DNA from: an uncultured Actinomycetota bacterium
GTDB lineage: Bacteria; Actinomycetota; Actinomycetes; Actinomycetales; Microbacteriaceae
NCBI GenBank assembly: GCA_963829895.1
Contig: CAWHKF010000010.1
Span: 405,925 to 469,924, forward strand
DNA length: 64,000 nucleotides
Direction of reading: 5' to 3'
Below, piece by piece: positions 1 to 10,683 of this stretch. The notes below the pieces were generated by a model that was given only the letters and a program-made list of their open reading frames with translations, was not told the origin of the DNA and ran no database searches. The first letter of the stretch is position 1. Each line of letters begins with the position of its first letter. The position numbers were made by a program, and so were the translations under genes.

Positions 1-448
1 CGAGGAGCTGGCCGGGCTCGGCATCCATGATGTCGTCTCGACCGAGTCCGACGGCTGGCGCGAGCGCGTCGCAGAGATCCTGGGCGAGAACGCGCCGCGC
101 GCGGCCGTGGACTCGGTCGGCGGTGACGCGGCCGGCGACCTCCTGTCGCTGCTCGGCGAGGGCGGCACGCTCGTCTCGTTCGGCTCGATGGCGTCGAGCA
201 CCCTGAAGCTGTCGGCCGGAGACCTGATCTTCAAGCAGGCGACGGTGAAGGGCTTCTGGGGCAGCACCGTGAGCAGGACGATGGATGCCGCCACCCGCGG
301 TGCGCTGTTCGCCGAGCTGGTGCAGCGCATCGGGTCGGGCGAGGTCAGGCTCCCCGTGGACGCGGTCTACCCCTTCGAGGAGGCCCGGGCAGCCGCCGCA
401 GCGAGCGCAGTCCCGGGACGAGCCGGCAAGGTGCTGCTCCGCTTCTGA
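1..448 (+). CDS. Zinc-binding dehydrogenase/NADPH:quinone oxidoreductase (MDR family), 5'-truncated by window edge
   Basis: DSVGG..LLSLLGEGGTLVSFG and C-terminal GKVLL typical of MDR/QOR enzymes. Confidence 0.8.
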   Translation, partial: EELAGLGIHDVVSTESDGWRERVAEILGENAPRAAVDSVGGDAAGDLLSLLGEGGTLVSFGSMASSTLKLSAGDLIFKQATVKGFWGSTVSRTMDAATRGALFAELVQRIGSGEVRLPVDAVYPFEEARAAAAASAVPGRAGKVLLRF

Positions 449-555
449 CGTCGCGCGCAGCAGGGTCAGCAGTATCACCGTCGTCGTCGCGCGCCTCTTT
501 CCGGGTATCGCCATGCGAAGGCGCACGACGGTCGAGTGACCTTCAGGGGGCTGCC

Positions 556-2092
556 ATGACTCAGGTGGATCCGACGTCCGACACCACGACACCGCCCCTG
601 CCGCTCGACATCGATGCGGTGCGGCACCCGGCGGAGCCATCTCGCTTCGCAATGGCGGTGACCTGCGTCGGGGCGGTGCTCATCGCATTGGTCGTGTGGC
701 TGATCGTCGTGGATGTGTCGATGCTCGTGTACGCGGTGCTCGTCCTCGCGGGGCTGCTCCTCGGGCTCTGGATCGCGGTCCAGTTCTGGCGCCTGCGGCT
801 CCTGGGCGATGCCGTCCTCGTGACTGCTCAGTCGCTGCCCGCGCTGCAGAGCGCCGTCGACCGCGTCCGGGCGACGCTCGGCTATCAGCGTCGGGTCGAC
901 ATCTTCGTGGTTCCGAACCTGTCGCCGCGGATCCAGCTCACGAGCTACTTCGGCGTCCGCGCCCTGCTGATCGAGGGCGGCGCCGTGGCGGACATCACGG
1001 CCCCGGCGACCCAGGGGCAGCTGCTGTTTCTGCTGGGCACGTACTTCGGTGCGTTCAAGGCGAAGCACGATCGCTGGGCGCTCGCGGAGCTCGTGCTCGA
1101 CAACACCGGCGTCCGCACGCTCCTCGCGCCGTTCGTCGCGCCGTGGCTCCGGACCACCGTCTACACCGGTGACCAGATCGCCTATGCGTGCACGCGTGAT
1201 CTCCGTGTGAGCCTCGCTGCCATCTATCGCGTGCTGATCGGCCGTGAGCTCAGCGACCAGCTCGCAGCCCCCGGCCTCGTCCTGCAGTCCGAAAGGGTGG
1301 CGCGATCGCGCTACATGAGGATGGCGGAGATGTTCCGCGCGGTGCCCCACACCACCAATCGCTTCCTCAACCTGTTGCGCTTCGCGGACGAGGTCGACCC
1401 GGAGGCAGCACGCGCCTTCCGAGCCGAGCTTCCGGATGACGTCGCACAGGTGCTCGATCGTGCACTCGCGCGGACCGCGCGCGGCGCGCGCCGGACCGCG
1501 GGCGTGGCCACCGTGACGGTTGCGGTGCCGGTTCTCAGCCTTGCGCTGCTGCTGGCCGTGATCCAGCCCGCCTTCACCGGGTGGCAGGGTTCGCCCGGCG
1601 CCGTCGAAGACCCCGTCGACACGAGCGAGGTCGACACGGTCGAGGTCCCGCCGTCTCCGACGGAGGTGCTGACCGCCGCCGTGCCTGCGGAGTTCAGCGA
1701 TTCCTGTGCGGACCTCTCGACTCCCACCGCCGAGCTGTCCATCGGTCTCGTCGCCGCGGTGGAGTGCTCGAGCACCGCTGTGGGTGGAGCGGATTGGGTC
1801 GAGGTCTACGCCTACGACTCGCCGGCGAGCCTGGAGGTCGCGACCGACGAATTCTTGGCGGTCCTTTCCGTACGGCGACTGCCTCGACGGCGCCTGGAGC
1901 GAGTGGCTCGACGCCGACGGAGCCGAACGCGGAGTGCTCGCCTGCTACTACACGGAGGGCTATGAAGTGGTCGCCGCGGTGTGGACCTACGAGGTCGATG
2001 CGGTGATGGTGATCGCCACGGATGCCGAGATGTTCCTCGACGAGATGTACTTCTGGTGGGAGACGGCGCTGCCGGCGTTCGCTTTCCAGTGA
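556..2092 (+). CDS. Membrane M48 (HtpX/Ste24)-like protein with degenerate zinc motifs plus C-terminal Cys-containing extracellular domain; frameshift near 1866
   Basis: Two N-terminal TM helices; M48-like segments (LPALQSAVDRV..LG, LLFLLGTYFGAFKAKH, VYTGDQIA); TM near 1520-1570; tail continues in ORF 1706..2092 (GVLACYY..VWTY..MYFWW). Confidence 0.6.
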
Positions 2093-2099
2093 AGCGCTG

Positions 2100-2331
2100 C
2101 CCTCGACGGCCGGACGACGTTCCCGCAGGCCGTCGCGGCGCGGGCGGCGGGGGCACTTCCTTCGCCGCGATGATCGCGCCGCGCGGGATGCGCTCGACGC
2201 CGCGCTTGCCGTCGACGACGACGGTCTCGGCATCCGCGCTCAGCAGTTCCCCGAGCGCATCCGTCGCCTGCCCGCTGCGGCAGCAGGTACCGCACGACGA
2301 CCCGGTGACCCGGTTCGGGCAGGTTCACCAT
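2100..2331 (-). CDS. Small SH3-like protein resembling the N-terminal domain of Rv0428c-type acetyltransferases; frameshift near 2277, 3' end uncertain
   Basis: Joined reading MVNLPEPGHRVVVRYLLPSGQATDALGELLSADAETVVVDGKRGVERIPRGAIIAAKEVPPPP; start overlaps SDR stop. Confidence 0.5.
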
Positions 2332-3807
2332 GCGCCGGGGGCGTAGTCCTTGAGGAACACGCCGAACAGGTCTTCGCCCGCCTCGCCGCGCACGATCGGG
2401 TCGTAGACGCGCGCGGCGCCGTCGACGAGGTCGAGCGGAGCGTGGAAGCCCTCCTCGGCGAGGCGCACCTTGGTCGGGTGCGGGCGCTCGTCGGTGATCC
2501 AGCCGGTGTCGACGCTCGTCATCAGGATGCGATCGGTCTCGAACAGCTCGCGGGCGCTCGTGCGCGTGAGCATGTTGACGGCCGCCTTGGCCATGTTGGT
2601 GTGCGGATGCCCCGGACCCTTGTAGCCGCGATTGAAGACGCCCTCCATCGCGCTCACGTTGACGATGTACGTGCGACGGGCGCTGCTCGCGGCCATGCGA
2701 CGGCCGCAGCTTCGAGACGAGCAGGAACGGCGCCGTCGTGTTGGCCAGCTGCACCTCGAGCATCTCGAGCGGGTCGACCTCGTCGACGCTCTGCACCCAC
2801 GAGTTGGAGTGGTCGAGGTCGGGGATGAGGCCGCCGGCGTCGATCGCCGTGCCCGCGGCGAGGCGCTCGAGCGAGCTGGACCCGGCGGCCATGGCCTGCT
2901 CGGTGAGCTCGTCGGCGCGGGCGGCCGCCGCGGCGAGGATCGGGTGGGCGGTCACCGAACGCTCCAGCGCCTGCGGGTGGCGGTCGTTGGTGTGGCCGAA
3001 CGTGACCAGCTCGGGCAGCGGTCCGTCGGGCAGCGGCGCCAGCTCGGCGTCGACGAGCGGCTGGTACGCGCCGGGGGAGCGGCGCACGGTCTGGGTGGCG
3101 TTGTTGATGAGGATGTCGAGCGGGCCGGCGGCGGCGACATCCTCGGCCAATCCGATCACCTGGGCCGGATCACGCAGGTCGATGCCGACGACCTTGAGGC
3201 GGTCGATCCACTCCGGCGCGTCGGGCAGGCTGCTGAAGCGGCGCACGGCGTCGCGCGGGAACCGGGTGGTGATCGTCGTGTGGGCGCCGTCGCGCAGCAG
3301 ACGCAGCGCGATGTACATGCCGATCTTCGCGCGACCGCCGGTGAGCAGCGCGCGCTTGCCGGTGAGGTCGGTGCGGGCCTCGCGCTTGGCGTGGCTCATC
3401 GCCGCGCAGGTGGGGCACAGCTGGTGGTAGAACGCGTCGACCACCGTGTACGGCTGCTTGCAGATGTAGCAGCCGCGCGCCTTGATGAGGGTGCCCGCGG
3501 TGGGCGCGGTCGTCGCGGTGGAGATCGGGATGCCGCGCGTCTCGTCGTCGATCCGGTCGGGCGCTCCGGTGGCCGTGGCCGCGACGACGGCGCGGTCCGC
3601 CTCGGCGATCGCCTCGCGGATCTCGCGACGGCGCACCTTCTTCACGGCCTTGAACATGGCAGCGGTCGCGCGCCGGACGGCGACGAAGTCAGGGTGCGTC
3701 TCGTCGAGCCCCGCCATGTTGTCGAGCACGCGCAGGGTGGTCGCGAGATCGTCCGGGTCGATGCCGCTCGGCGGCAGGTCGGAAGGGGTGGGGGAATCGG
3801 GAAGCAC
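2325..3807 (-). CDS. SDR family oxidoreductase with N-terminal CxxC..CxxC ribbon; frameshift near 2696
   Basis: LLTGGRAKIG, LDILINNA, IVNVSAMEG, HTNMAKAA; CYIC..CPTC; TAGAAT just upstream of GTG. Confidence 0.85.
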
Positions 3808-3856
3808 ACGTGATTCTACGCCGGGCGGAATGCGCGGCACCTGTTAGCGTGCCATC

Positions 3857-4273
3857 GTGACCACCTCGGACGCCGCCCCGACCCGCACCCGCAGCATCCA
3901 TGTCTCCGCCGCGGTCATCGTGAACGAGCGCGGCCAGCTGCTGCTGGTGCGCAAGGCCGGTACGACGGCGTTCATGCAGCCGGGCGGCAAGCCCGAACCG
4001 GGGGAGTCGCCGAGCCAGACGCTGAGCCGCGAGCTGCTCGAAGAGCTCGGCCTCTCGGTCGATGCCGAGGAGCTGCGTCCTCTCGGCTCCTACACCGCCG
4101 CCGCAGCGAACGAGCCGGGCTTCCTCGTGGTGGCCGACGTCTTCGCGACCGACATCGGAGCCCAGCAGCCGGTGATCGGGGCGGAGATCGAAGAGCTGCG
4201 GTGGATCACGCGGGCGGATGCCGAGCATCTCGAGATCGCTCCGCTCGCGCGCGAGAACTTCCTGCCGCGCTGA
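3857..4273 (+). CDS. NUDIX hydrolase
   Basis: PGGKPEPGESPSQTLSRELLEELG Nudix box; TAGCGT -10 at 3845. Confidence 0.9.
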   Translation: MTTSDAAPTRTRSIHVSAAVIVNERGQLLLVRKAGTTAFMQPGGKPEPGESPSQTLSRELLEELGLSVDAEELRPLGSYTAAAANEPGFLVVADVFATDIGAQQPVIGAEIEELRWITRADAEHLEIAPLARENFLPR

Positions 4274-4292
4274 GCCGCGCGACGCCGGGCCG

Positions 4293-4832
4293 TCAGGCGG
4301 CGGTCTGCGTGTGGATGTCGGTCTCGAAGCTCGTCGCGTTGAGGTCGAGGTAGATCCGCCGCTCGGTGATCGAGACGGTCATGGTGTTCCGGCGCGCGAG
4401 CACCGCCGTGGCCGCGTCGACGAAGCCGGGGTCGAAGCTGTTCAGCAGGATCTCGTCGCCGCGGTGGATCCGCTTCCCGGCCCACGGTGCCGCGACCTTC
4501 CCCGGGTCGCGGTGCGTGTAGACCCGGGTGCGCTCGGCCTGCATGCTGCCGGTGTGCAGCCGCGCGGCATCCGGAGCCCCCACTTCGATCCAGGCGACGA
4601 GGGCACCCGTGAGGTCGCGCACCAGCACCGCGGGCTCATCGGTGGCCGAGACGCCCTCGCTGAAGGCGATGCCCTCCTCGTACTCGAGGCAGTAGGCGAG
4701 CACGCGGGTCAGCATGAAGGCGTCGGTCTCGGACGGATGCCGCGCCACGCGCACCGACAGATCCTCATAGACGCCGCGATCGACGTCGGCCAGCTGGATG
4801 TCGAAGGTGTACATCGTCACGCCGATCGCCAT
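4293..4832 (-). CDS. yaeQ: YaeQ family protein
   Basis: ARHPSET..MLTRVLAYCLEYEEG..DEPA..WIEVGAPD. Confidence 0.85.
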   Translation of the reverse strand: MAIGVTMYTFDIQLADVDRGVYEDLSVRVARHPSETDAFMLTRVLAYCLEYEEGIAFSEGVSATDEPAVLVRDLTGALVAWIEVGAPDAARLHTGSMQAERTRVYTHRDPGKVAAPWAGKRIHRGDEILLNSFDPGFVDAATAVLARRNTMTVSITERRIYLDLNATSFETDIHTQTAA

Positions 4833-4932
4833 AGCGTTCGAGCCTACGCGGTCCGGGCGCGGTTCCTCCTCCACCTCTGTCGCTGACGGCGGGCCGTGCA
4901 GTTCGCGCGCCGCCCAGCATCCGGAGGGCGAA

Positions 4933-5511
4933 CTAGCTCTTCGGCCACTCGATCAGCAGCAGGCCCTGCTTCGTGTCGGCCACCGTCACCTGCCCGTTCG
5001 CGAAGAAGTACGTCATGCCGTAGCCCTCGGCATCCGTCGCGATCGCCGTGTCGGCGCTCTCGGTGATGTAGACGCCGTCGGGCGCCTCTTCGGGAACCCA
5101 GCCCTGGGCGATGAGTTCCTCCTGGGCGTCGGCGGCCGCGTCTTCCGAGAGCGCCGCCCAGCCGAACATCTGCCCGTGGTCACCGGCGGGGCCCTCGAAG
5201 TCGGCCCACATGCACTGCAGGCCGCCCTCGACCTCGGTGCTGCCGATGTAGAGGGGCGACGCCTGCGAGGTCCAGCCGAGGCTCTCGAAGTCCGCGACCA
5301 CCGATTCGCCGATGATCGTCTCGCACGTCGGGTCTTCGACGGCCGCGGGCTCGGGGTCGGGGGTCGCCGACGGCTCGGGAGCGGCGGTCGTCGGCGTCGC
5401 CGCGTTGCCCGTCTCTTCGGGGGCGGCCTCAGGAGTGCCGGCGCACGCCGACAGGAGAACCGCGGACAGGACGAGGGCGGCAGCGGCGCCGAGGATGCGA
5501 GGGGCAGGCAT
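4933..5511 (-). CDS. Lipoprotein of unknown function
   Basis: Signal peptide with lipobox LSAC, Pro/Thr/Ala linker, two-Cys extracellular domain. Confidence 0.75.
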   Translation of the reverse strand: MPAPRILGAAAALVLSAVLLSACAGTPEAAPEETGNAATPTTAAPEPSATPDPEPAAVEDPTCETIIGESVVADFESLGWTSQASPLYIGSTEVEGGLQCMWADFEGPAGDHGQMFGWAALSEDAAADAQEELIAQGWVPEEAPDGVYITESADTAIATDAEGYGMTYFFANGQVTVADTKQGLLLIEWPKS

Positions 5512-5573
5512 CGGGAGTCTCCGTTGGGGGATGGGAGGCGGTCGGGGAGGGGGTGGGGCGAGCGGAGCGAAGG

Positions 5574-6401
5574 TCAGGAGGAGTGGAGCAGGTCGAGATA
5601 CGCGTCGTGGAGCACGCGGTTCGTCGCGAGCGAGGAGCCTTCCGACAGCGAGTCGCGGCCGTCGAACGACGTGAACCTGCCGCCCGCCTCGGTCACGATC
5701 GGCGCGAGCGCAGCGATGTCGTACTCCTTGACGCCGAACTCGGCGACGAACTCGAGGCGTCCCTCGGCCAGCAGCATGTACGGCCAGGCGTCGCCGTAGC
5801 CGCGGTCACGCCACACCGACGACGTCAGACGCTCGAGGGCGTCGAGCTTGCCGGCATCCCGCCACTGCCCGATGCTCTGGAAGCTCACGCTGGAATCCGC
5901 GATGGCGTCCACCGTCGACACGCGGAGGCGTCGTGTCTCGCCCGACGGCGTGTTGGTCCACGCGCCGAGGCCCGTGGCGGCCCACCAGCGCCGGCCGATC
6001 GCCGGCTGGCTGGCCACGCCGACGCGCGGCACCCCGTCGATCGCGAGGGCGATGAGGGTCGTCCACATCGGGATGCCCTTGAGGTAGTTCGCCGTGCCGT
6101 CGATCGGGTCGATGATCCACTGCCGGTTCGAATCGCCCGTGACGCCGTACTCCTCGCCGAAGATGCCGTCAGCGGGACGCTCGGTCTCGAGCACCGCGCG
6201 CAGAGCCCGCTCGGTGGCGAGATCGGCCTCGGTGACGTGAGTGCTGTCGGCCTTCACCTGGATGTCGAGATCCGCCGCATCGAAGCGGGACATGGATGCC
6301 GCATCCGCCGCGTCCGCCAGGCGCAGTGCGAGTTCGAGATCAGCGCGAAGGTCTCCCTCGAACGGCGTGTCGAACGTCGCTGCGGGGAGAGGGGAGGTCA
6401 C
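5574..6401 (-). CDS. hisN: Histidinol-phosphatase (inositol monophosphatase family)
   Basis: VTEAD, GEE, WIIDPIDGTANY, YDIAAL motifs. Confidence 0.75.
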   Translation of the reverse strand: MTSPLPAATFDTPFEGDLRADLELALRLADAADAASMSRFDAADLDIQVKADSTHVTEADLATERALRAVLETERPADGIFGEEYGVTGDSNRQWIIDPIDGTANYLKGIPMWTTLIALAIDGVPRVGVASQPAIGRRWWAATGLGAWTNTPSGETRRLRVSTVDAIADSSVSFQSIGQWRDAGKLDALERLTSSVWRDRGYGDAWPYMLLAEGRLEFVAEFGVKEYDIAALAPIVTEAGGRFTSFDGRDSLSEGSSLATNRVLHDAYLDLLHSS

Positions 6402-6495
6402 AGGATCCAGGATAGCGGCGGCACTCCCGTCTCGATTTCACGAGACGCGATCGTGATGCTAATGTTGGTCCTCGGTTCGCCACGTTGTGAACTAC

Positions 6496-6571
6496 GCACC
6501 TCTAGCTCAATCGGCAGAGCAACTGACTCTTAATCAGTGGGTTCTGGGTTCAAGTCCCAGGGGGTGCACCA
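6496..6571 (+). tRNA. tRNA-Lys (anticodon CTT)
   Basis: Cloverleaf GCACCTC..GGGGTGC-ACCA, anticodon loop CTCTTAA, T-loop GGTTCAAGTCC. Confidence 0.97.
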
Positions 6572-6573
6572 CA

Positions 6574-6603
6574 AGAAGGGCGGTCCTGACGGACCGCCCT
6601 TCT
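6574..6603. terminator. Hairpin terminator between tRNA-Lys and convergent MFS gene
   Basis: AGAAGGGCGGTCC-tgac-GGACCGCCCTTCT perfect 13-bp stem. Confidence 0.8.
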
Positions 6604-6641
6604 GCTGTTTCCGGTGGCGTGGGCTGCGGCCGGCGTCGGCC

Positions 6642-7875
6642 TCAGGCGGCGTCGCCGACGAGCACGGCTGCGGCCTCGTCGGCGGCATCCGCTTCACGCT
6701 CGTCGATGCGGGCGAGCGCACGGCGGCCGAAGAGGATCGTCGCCGTGGCGATGACGACGGATGCCGCGGCGAACACGTACGGCACGGTCGGCCCGTAGAG
6801 GTGCCACAGCAGCGCGGCGATCGGGGGAGCGGCGGCACCGCCCAGGAACCGCACCGCGGAGTACGACGACGACGCGACCGAGCGGGGGAGGTCGGTGGCT
6901 TCCATGACGGATTCCGTCAGCACGGTGTTCATCACGCCGAGCAGCAGCCCGCCGACGATGATGCACACGACGAGTGCGGCGGCATTCTCGACGACGAGTC
7001 CCGCGGCGATCAGGTCGATGGCGAGCAGCGGGAGTGTGATCAGCATGACGGTCGTGCGCGCCAGGTAGCGCATCAGCAGCGGCGCGACCCACACGCTCGT
7101 GATGGCGAGGGCGACGCCCCAGCCGAAGAACGTGAAGCCGATGCCCATCGCGCCGAACCCGAGCGGGAACGGCGAGAACGCCAGCAGCACGAAGAAGCCG
7201 ATGTTGTAGAACAGCGCGGTGACGGCCAGCACAGCGAGCGACGGGATGCGCAGCGCCGTGAACGGCGCGGACAGCGGCACGGGCGCGGGCTTCTCGCTCG
7301 GTCCGCGCAGGAGCACGAGCACCGCCAGGAACGCGATCGCCATGAGCACGACGACGCCGAAGAACGGACCCCGCCAGCTCACCTCGCCCAGGAGTCCGCC
7401 GAGAAGCGGGCCGATCGCGATGCCGAGGCCGAGAGCCGCCTCGTACAGGACGATGGCGGCGCCGCTGCCGCCGGACGCCGCGCCGACGATGGTCGCGAGC
7501 GCCGTCGAGATGAACAGCGCATTGCCGAGACCCCAGCCGGCGCGGAAGCCGATGATCGCGTCGACGCTGCCGCTGAGCGCGCACAGCAGCGCGAACACGA
7601 CGATGAGAGCCGAGTCCGATAAGCAGGGTCGCCTTCGCGCCGATGCGGCTCGAGATCCAGCTGGTGACGAGCATCGCGAGGCCGGTGACGAGCAGGTAGC
7701 TCGTGAACAGCAGTTCGGTCTGCACCGGGCTCGCCTGCAGCGACTCGGCGATCGCCGGGAGGATCGGGTCGACGAGGCCGATGCCCATGAAGGCGACGAC
7801 GCACGCGAAGGCGACCGCCCACACCTGCGCCGGCTGATGCCAGACCGAGCCGGTGCTGTGGCCGTGCGCGCTCAC
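6642..7875 (-). CDS. MFS transporter; frameshift near 7612
   Basis: VAFMGIGLVDPILP in ORF 6694..8037, remaining TM helices in ORF 6642..7598. Confidence 0.85.
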
Positions 7876-8339
7876 CGGGTCGCCTCGGCGGTCGTAGTGG
7901 CGGTCGCGCGTGAGTCGCTGCGGGTGCGATCGAGCTTGCGGGTGAGGACGGCGGCCGTGGTCCGCAGTGCGTCCCACTCCTCGGGTTCGAGGTCGTCGAA
8001 GTGCGGCGCGAGGGCGGCGGTCAGCTGCAGCAGCCACGTCTGGAGCGCCTCGAGGCCGAGCGGGGTCACCTCGACGACCGTCGCACGCGAGTCCGCGGCA
8101 TCCGTCGTCTTCTCACGAGTCCCTGGTCGGCCATCTGGCCGACCAGGCGCGTCATGCCCGGTTGCGTCACGCGGCTGAGGCGGGCGAGCTCGCCGATCCG
8201 GAGCGCGCCGTTGTCGCGCAGGATCGTGAGGGTGCGCCATTGTGCGGCGGGGGTCGTCGTTGGAGGTCTCGAGCGCTGCGACCCGGGTGAGTGCGTGCGC
8301 GGCGACGATGAGGGTCTCGATGTCTTGGTCGTGGGTCAC
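7872..8339 (-). CDS. MarR family regulator; frameshifts near 8250 and 8115
   Basis: QWRTLTIL..LRIGELARLSRVTQPGMTRLV and DSRATVVEVTPLG in alternating frames; TATGCT -10 upstream of GTG. Confidence 0.75.
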   Translation of the reverse strand: MTHDQDIETLIVAAHALTRVAALETSNDDPRRTMAHPHDPARQRRAPDRRARPPQPRDATGHDAPGRPDGRPGTREKTTDAADSRATVVEVTPLGLEALQTWLLQLTAALAPHFDDLEPEEWDALRTTAAVLTRKLDRTRSDSRATATTTAEATR

Positions 8340-8429
8340 GCAAGAAGCATACCGCTGATATATATCGCCGGTATGCAATGCCGGATCGTCCCGATTGGGT
8401 AACGACACCGCCCGACCGAGGTTCTCGAC

Positions 8430-8486
8430 TTGCGCGGAGACTGCGGGCTTGCCTAGATTGCAAGAACCTGAATCGGATCTCATGTT
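8430..8486 (+). promoter_or_regulatory. SigA-like promoter with downstream palindromic operator (probably for the operon-encoded TetR)
   Basis: TTGCGC-18nt-TAGATT then AACCTGA-N8-TCATGTT at 8465-8486. Confidence 0.55.
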
Positions 8487-8542
8487 TGAGGCGAAGCACC
8501 GGTTCGAGGCACCAGATCCTTCCAATGGGGAAAGGCACGCAC

Positions 8543-9742
8543 ATGCGGGTTACGAAGAAGTTGCTCCTGGGCTCCGTGGTCGTCACGGCAGCGCTGGCCC
8601 TGGCGGCATGCGCGCCGTCGGCCGAACCGAGCGGTGAGGCCACCGACGGCGGCGGGCCCGAAGAGGTGACCGTCGGCATCGTCACGAGCGAGTCCGGTCC
8701 GCTCGCCGGCTACGGCAAGCAGTACCTCGACGGCTTCGAGGCCGGGCTCGACTACGCCACCGACGGCACGGGCGAGATCGACGGCACGACCATCACCATC
8801 GAGAACCGCGACGACGCGGGCGACCCCGACAAGGCGGTGACCGCCGTCAAGGAGCTCATCGGCGAGGGCGTGAACATCATCGCCGGCACGGCATCGTCGG
8901 GCGTCGCGCTCGCCGTCGCCGAGCAGGCCGAGCAGAACAAGGTGCTCTACATCTCGGGTCCGGCCGCCGCCGACGCGATCACCGGCGTCAACGACTACAC
9001 GTTCCGCTCCGGGCGCCAGAGCGCGCAGGACGTCGCCACCGCGGGGACCTTCCTCGAGGACATCGAGGGCAAGACGGTGACGGTGTTCGCGCAGGACAAC
9101 GCGTTCGGCCAGGGCAACGTCGCGGCGGTCGAGGCGATCCTCGGCGGCAAGGGTGCGACGGTCAACTCCGTGCTCGTCGCCGAGGACGCCACCGAGTTCA
9201 CGCCGTTCGCGCAGCAGGTGCTCGCCGGCAGCCCCGACCTCGTCTTCGTCGCGTGGGCGGGCGCCACCTCCGGTGCGATGTGGCAGGCGATGAGCCAGCA
9301 GGGCGTGCTCGACGAGATCCCGGTCGTCACCGGGCTCGGCGACTCCGCGACGTTCGGCGCCTACGGCGAGGCATCCGAGAAGATCAACTTCCTCAACCAC
9401 TACTTCCCGGGCGCGCCCGACAACGACGTGAACACCGCGATGGTCGAGGCGATCGAGGAGGCCGGCGGCACCCCCGACCTGTTCAGCCCCGACGGGTTCA
9501 ACGCGGCCATCATGATCGTCCAGGCCATCAAGGAGGGCCAGGGCGACGTCGACGCGATGGTCTCGGCGCTCGAAGGCTTCGAGTTCGAGGGGCCGAAGGG
9601 CGCGATGACGGTCCGCGCGAGCGACCACGCCCTCGTCCAGGAGATGTACCAGGCGAAGCTCGTCGCTCAGGACGGCACGTTCGTTCCCGAGCTCGTCGAC
9701 ACCGTCTCGGCGGACGACGTCGCGCCGGCCGAAGCCGACTAG
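8543..9742 (+). CDS. ABC transporter substrate-binding lipoprotein (LivJ/Peripla_BP_6 family)
   Basis: Lipobox LAAC; VGIVTSESGPLAGYG, DDAGDP, YTFRSGR. Confidence 0.9.
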   Translation: MRVTKKLLLGSVVVTAALALAACAPSAEPSGEATDGGGPEEVTVGIVTSESGPLAGYGKQYLDGFEAGLDYATDGTGEIDGTTITIENRDDAGDPDKAVTAVKELIGEGVNIIAGTASSGVALAVAEQAEQNKVLYISGPAAADAITGVNDYTFRSGRQSAQDVATAGTFLEDIEGKTVTVFAQDNAFGQGNVAAVEAILGGKGATVNSVLVAEDATEFTPFAQQVLAGSPDLVFVAWAGATSGAMWQAMSQQGVLDEIPVVTGLGDSATFGAYGEASEKINFLNHYFPGAPDNDVNTAMVEAIEEAGGTPDLFSPDGFNAAIMIVQAIKEGQGDVDAMVSALEGFEFEGPKGAMTVRASDHALVQEMYQAKLVAQDGTFVPELVDTVSADDVAPAEAD

Positions 9743-9764
9743 CACCGGCCGTTCCGAGCACAGG

Positions 9765-9835
9765 CGGGTGATCGAGCGCAGCGAGACGACACGGCGCGAC
9801 AGCGCGTTCCGTCCGCTCGCTGCGCTCGGCACCCG
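9765..9835. repeat. REP-like intergenic inverted repeat after the SBP gene
   Basis: CGGGTGATCGAGCGCAGCGAG...CTCGCTGCGCTCGGCACCCG. Confidence 0.55.
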
Positions 9836-9866
9836 ACCATCAGGCACTACGAGAGGCACTCAGCCC

Positions 9867-10683
9867 ATGAGCACGTCCGTCCCGTCCGCGCCCGCCGCGG
9901 ACGCCGCCCGCCGCGGCTCTCCGCTGCGCATCGAGGGTCTCGGCCTGCAGATCGGCGGCGCGACGATCCTCGAAAGACGTCGAGCTCGACATCGCCGCCG
10001 GTTCGCTGGTGGGCGTCATCGGCCCGAACGGCGCCGGCAAGACCACGCTCTTCAACGTGATCTCGGGGCTGATGAAGCCCACCGCCGGGCGTGTTCTGCT
10101 CGACGGCCGCGACATCACGACGGCATCCGTGCCCGCGCGGGCCCGAGCGGGGCTCGGGCGCACCTTCCAGACGGCGAGCCTCTTCCCGAAGCTCTCGGTG
10201 CTCGAGAACGTGCGTCTGGCGGCACAGGTGTCGCTGGGCGGGTCCGGGTCTCTGCTGCGCTTCCCGAGGCGGACGGATGCCGCGACCGAGCTCGCGCTGG
10301 CGAAGCTCGACGTCGTCGGGCTCGGGCACATGCGCGACGCGCTCGCGGGCGACATCTCGCACGGCGACAAGCGCAAGCTCGAGATCGCGGTGCTGCTGGC
10401 GACGGAATCGAGCATCGTGCTGCTCGACGAGCCGATGGCGGGAGTCGGCTCGGGCGACGTGCCCGGGCTGGTCGAGAACATCCGGGCGATGCAGCGGGAG
10501 AAGGGCTGCACCCTGCTCATGGTCGAGCACCACATCGACGTGCTGATGGGTCTCGTCGAGAAGGTCGCCGTCATGTACTTCGGCACGATCATCGCCTACG
10601 ACACGCCGCAGCGGATCATGGAGGACCCTCTCGTGCAGAGCGCATACCTCGGCACCGGATCGACGGGGACGGAGGCCGCATGA
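9867..10683 (+). CDS. ABC ATP-binding protein (LivG-like); frameshift near 9975
   Basis: GPNGAGKTT, ISHGDKR, LLDEPMAG, VEH. Confidence 0.9.
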
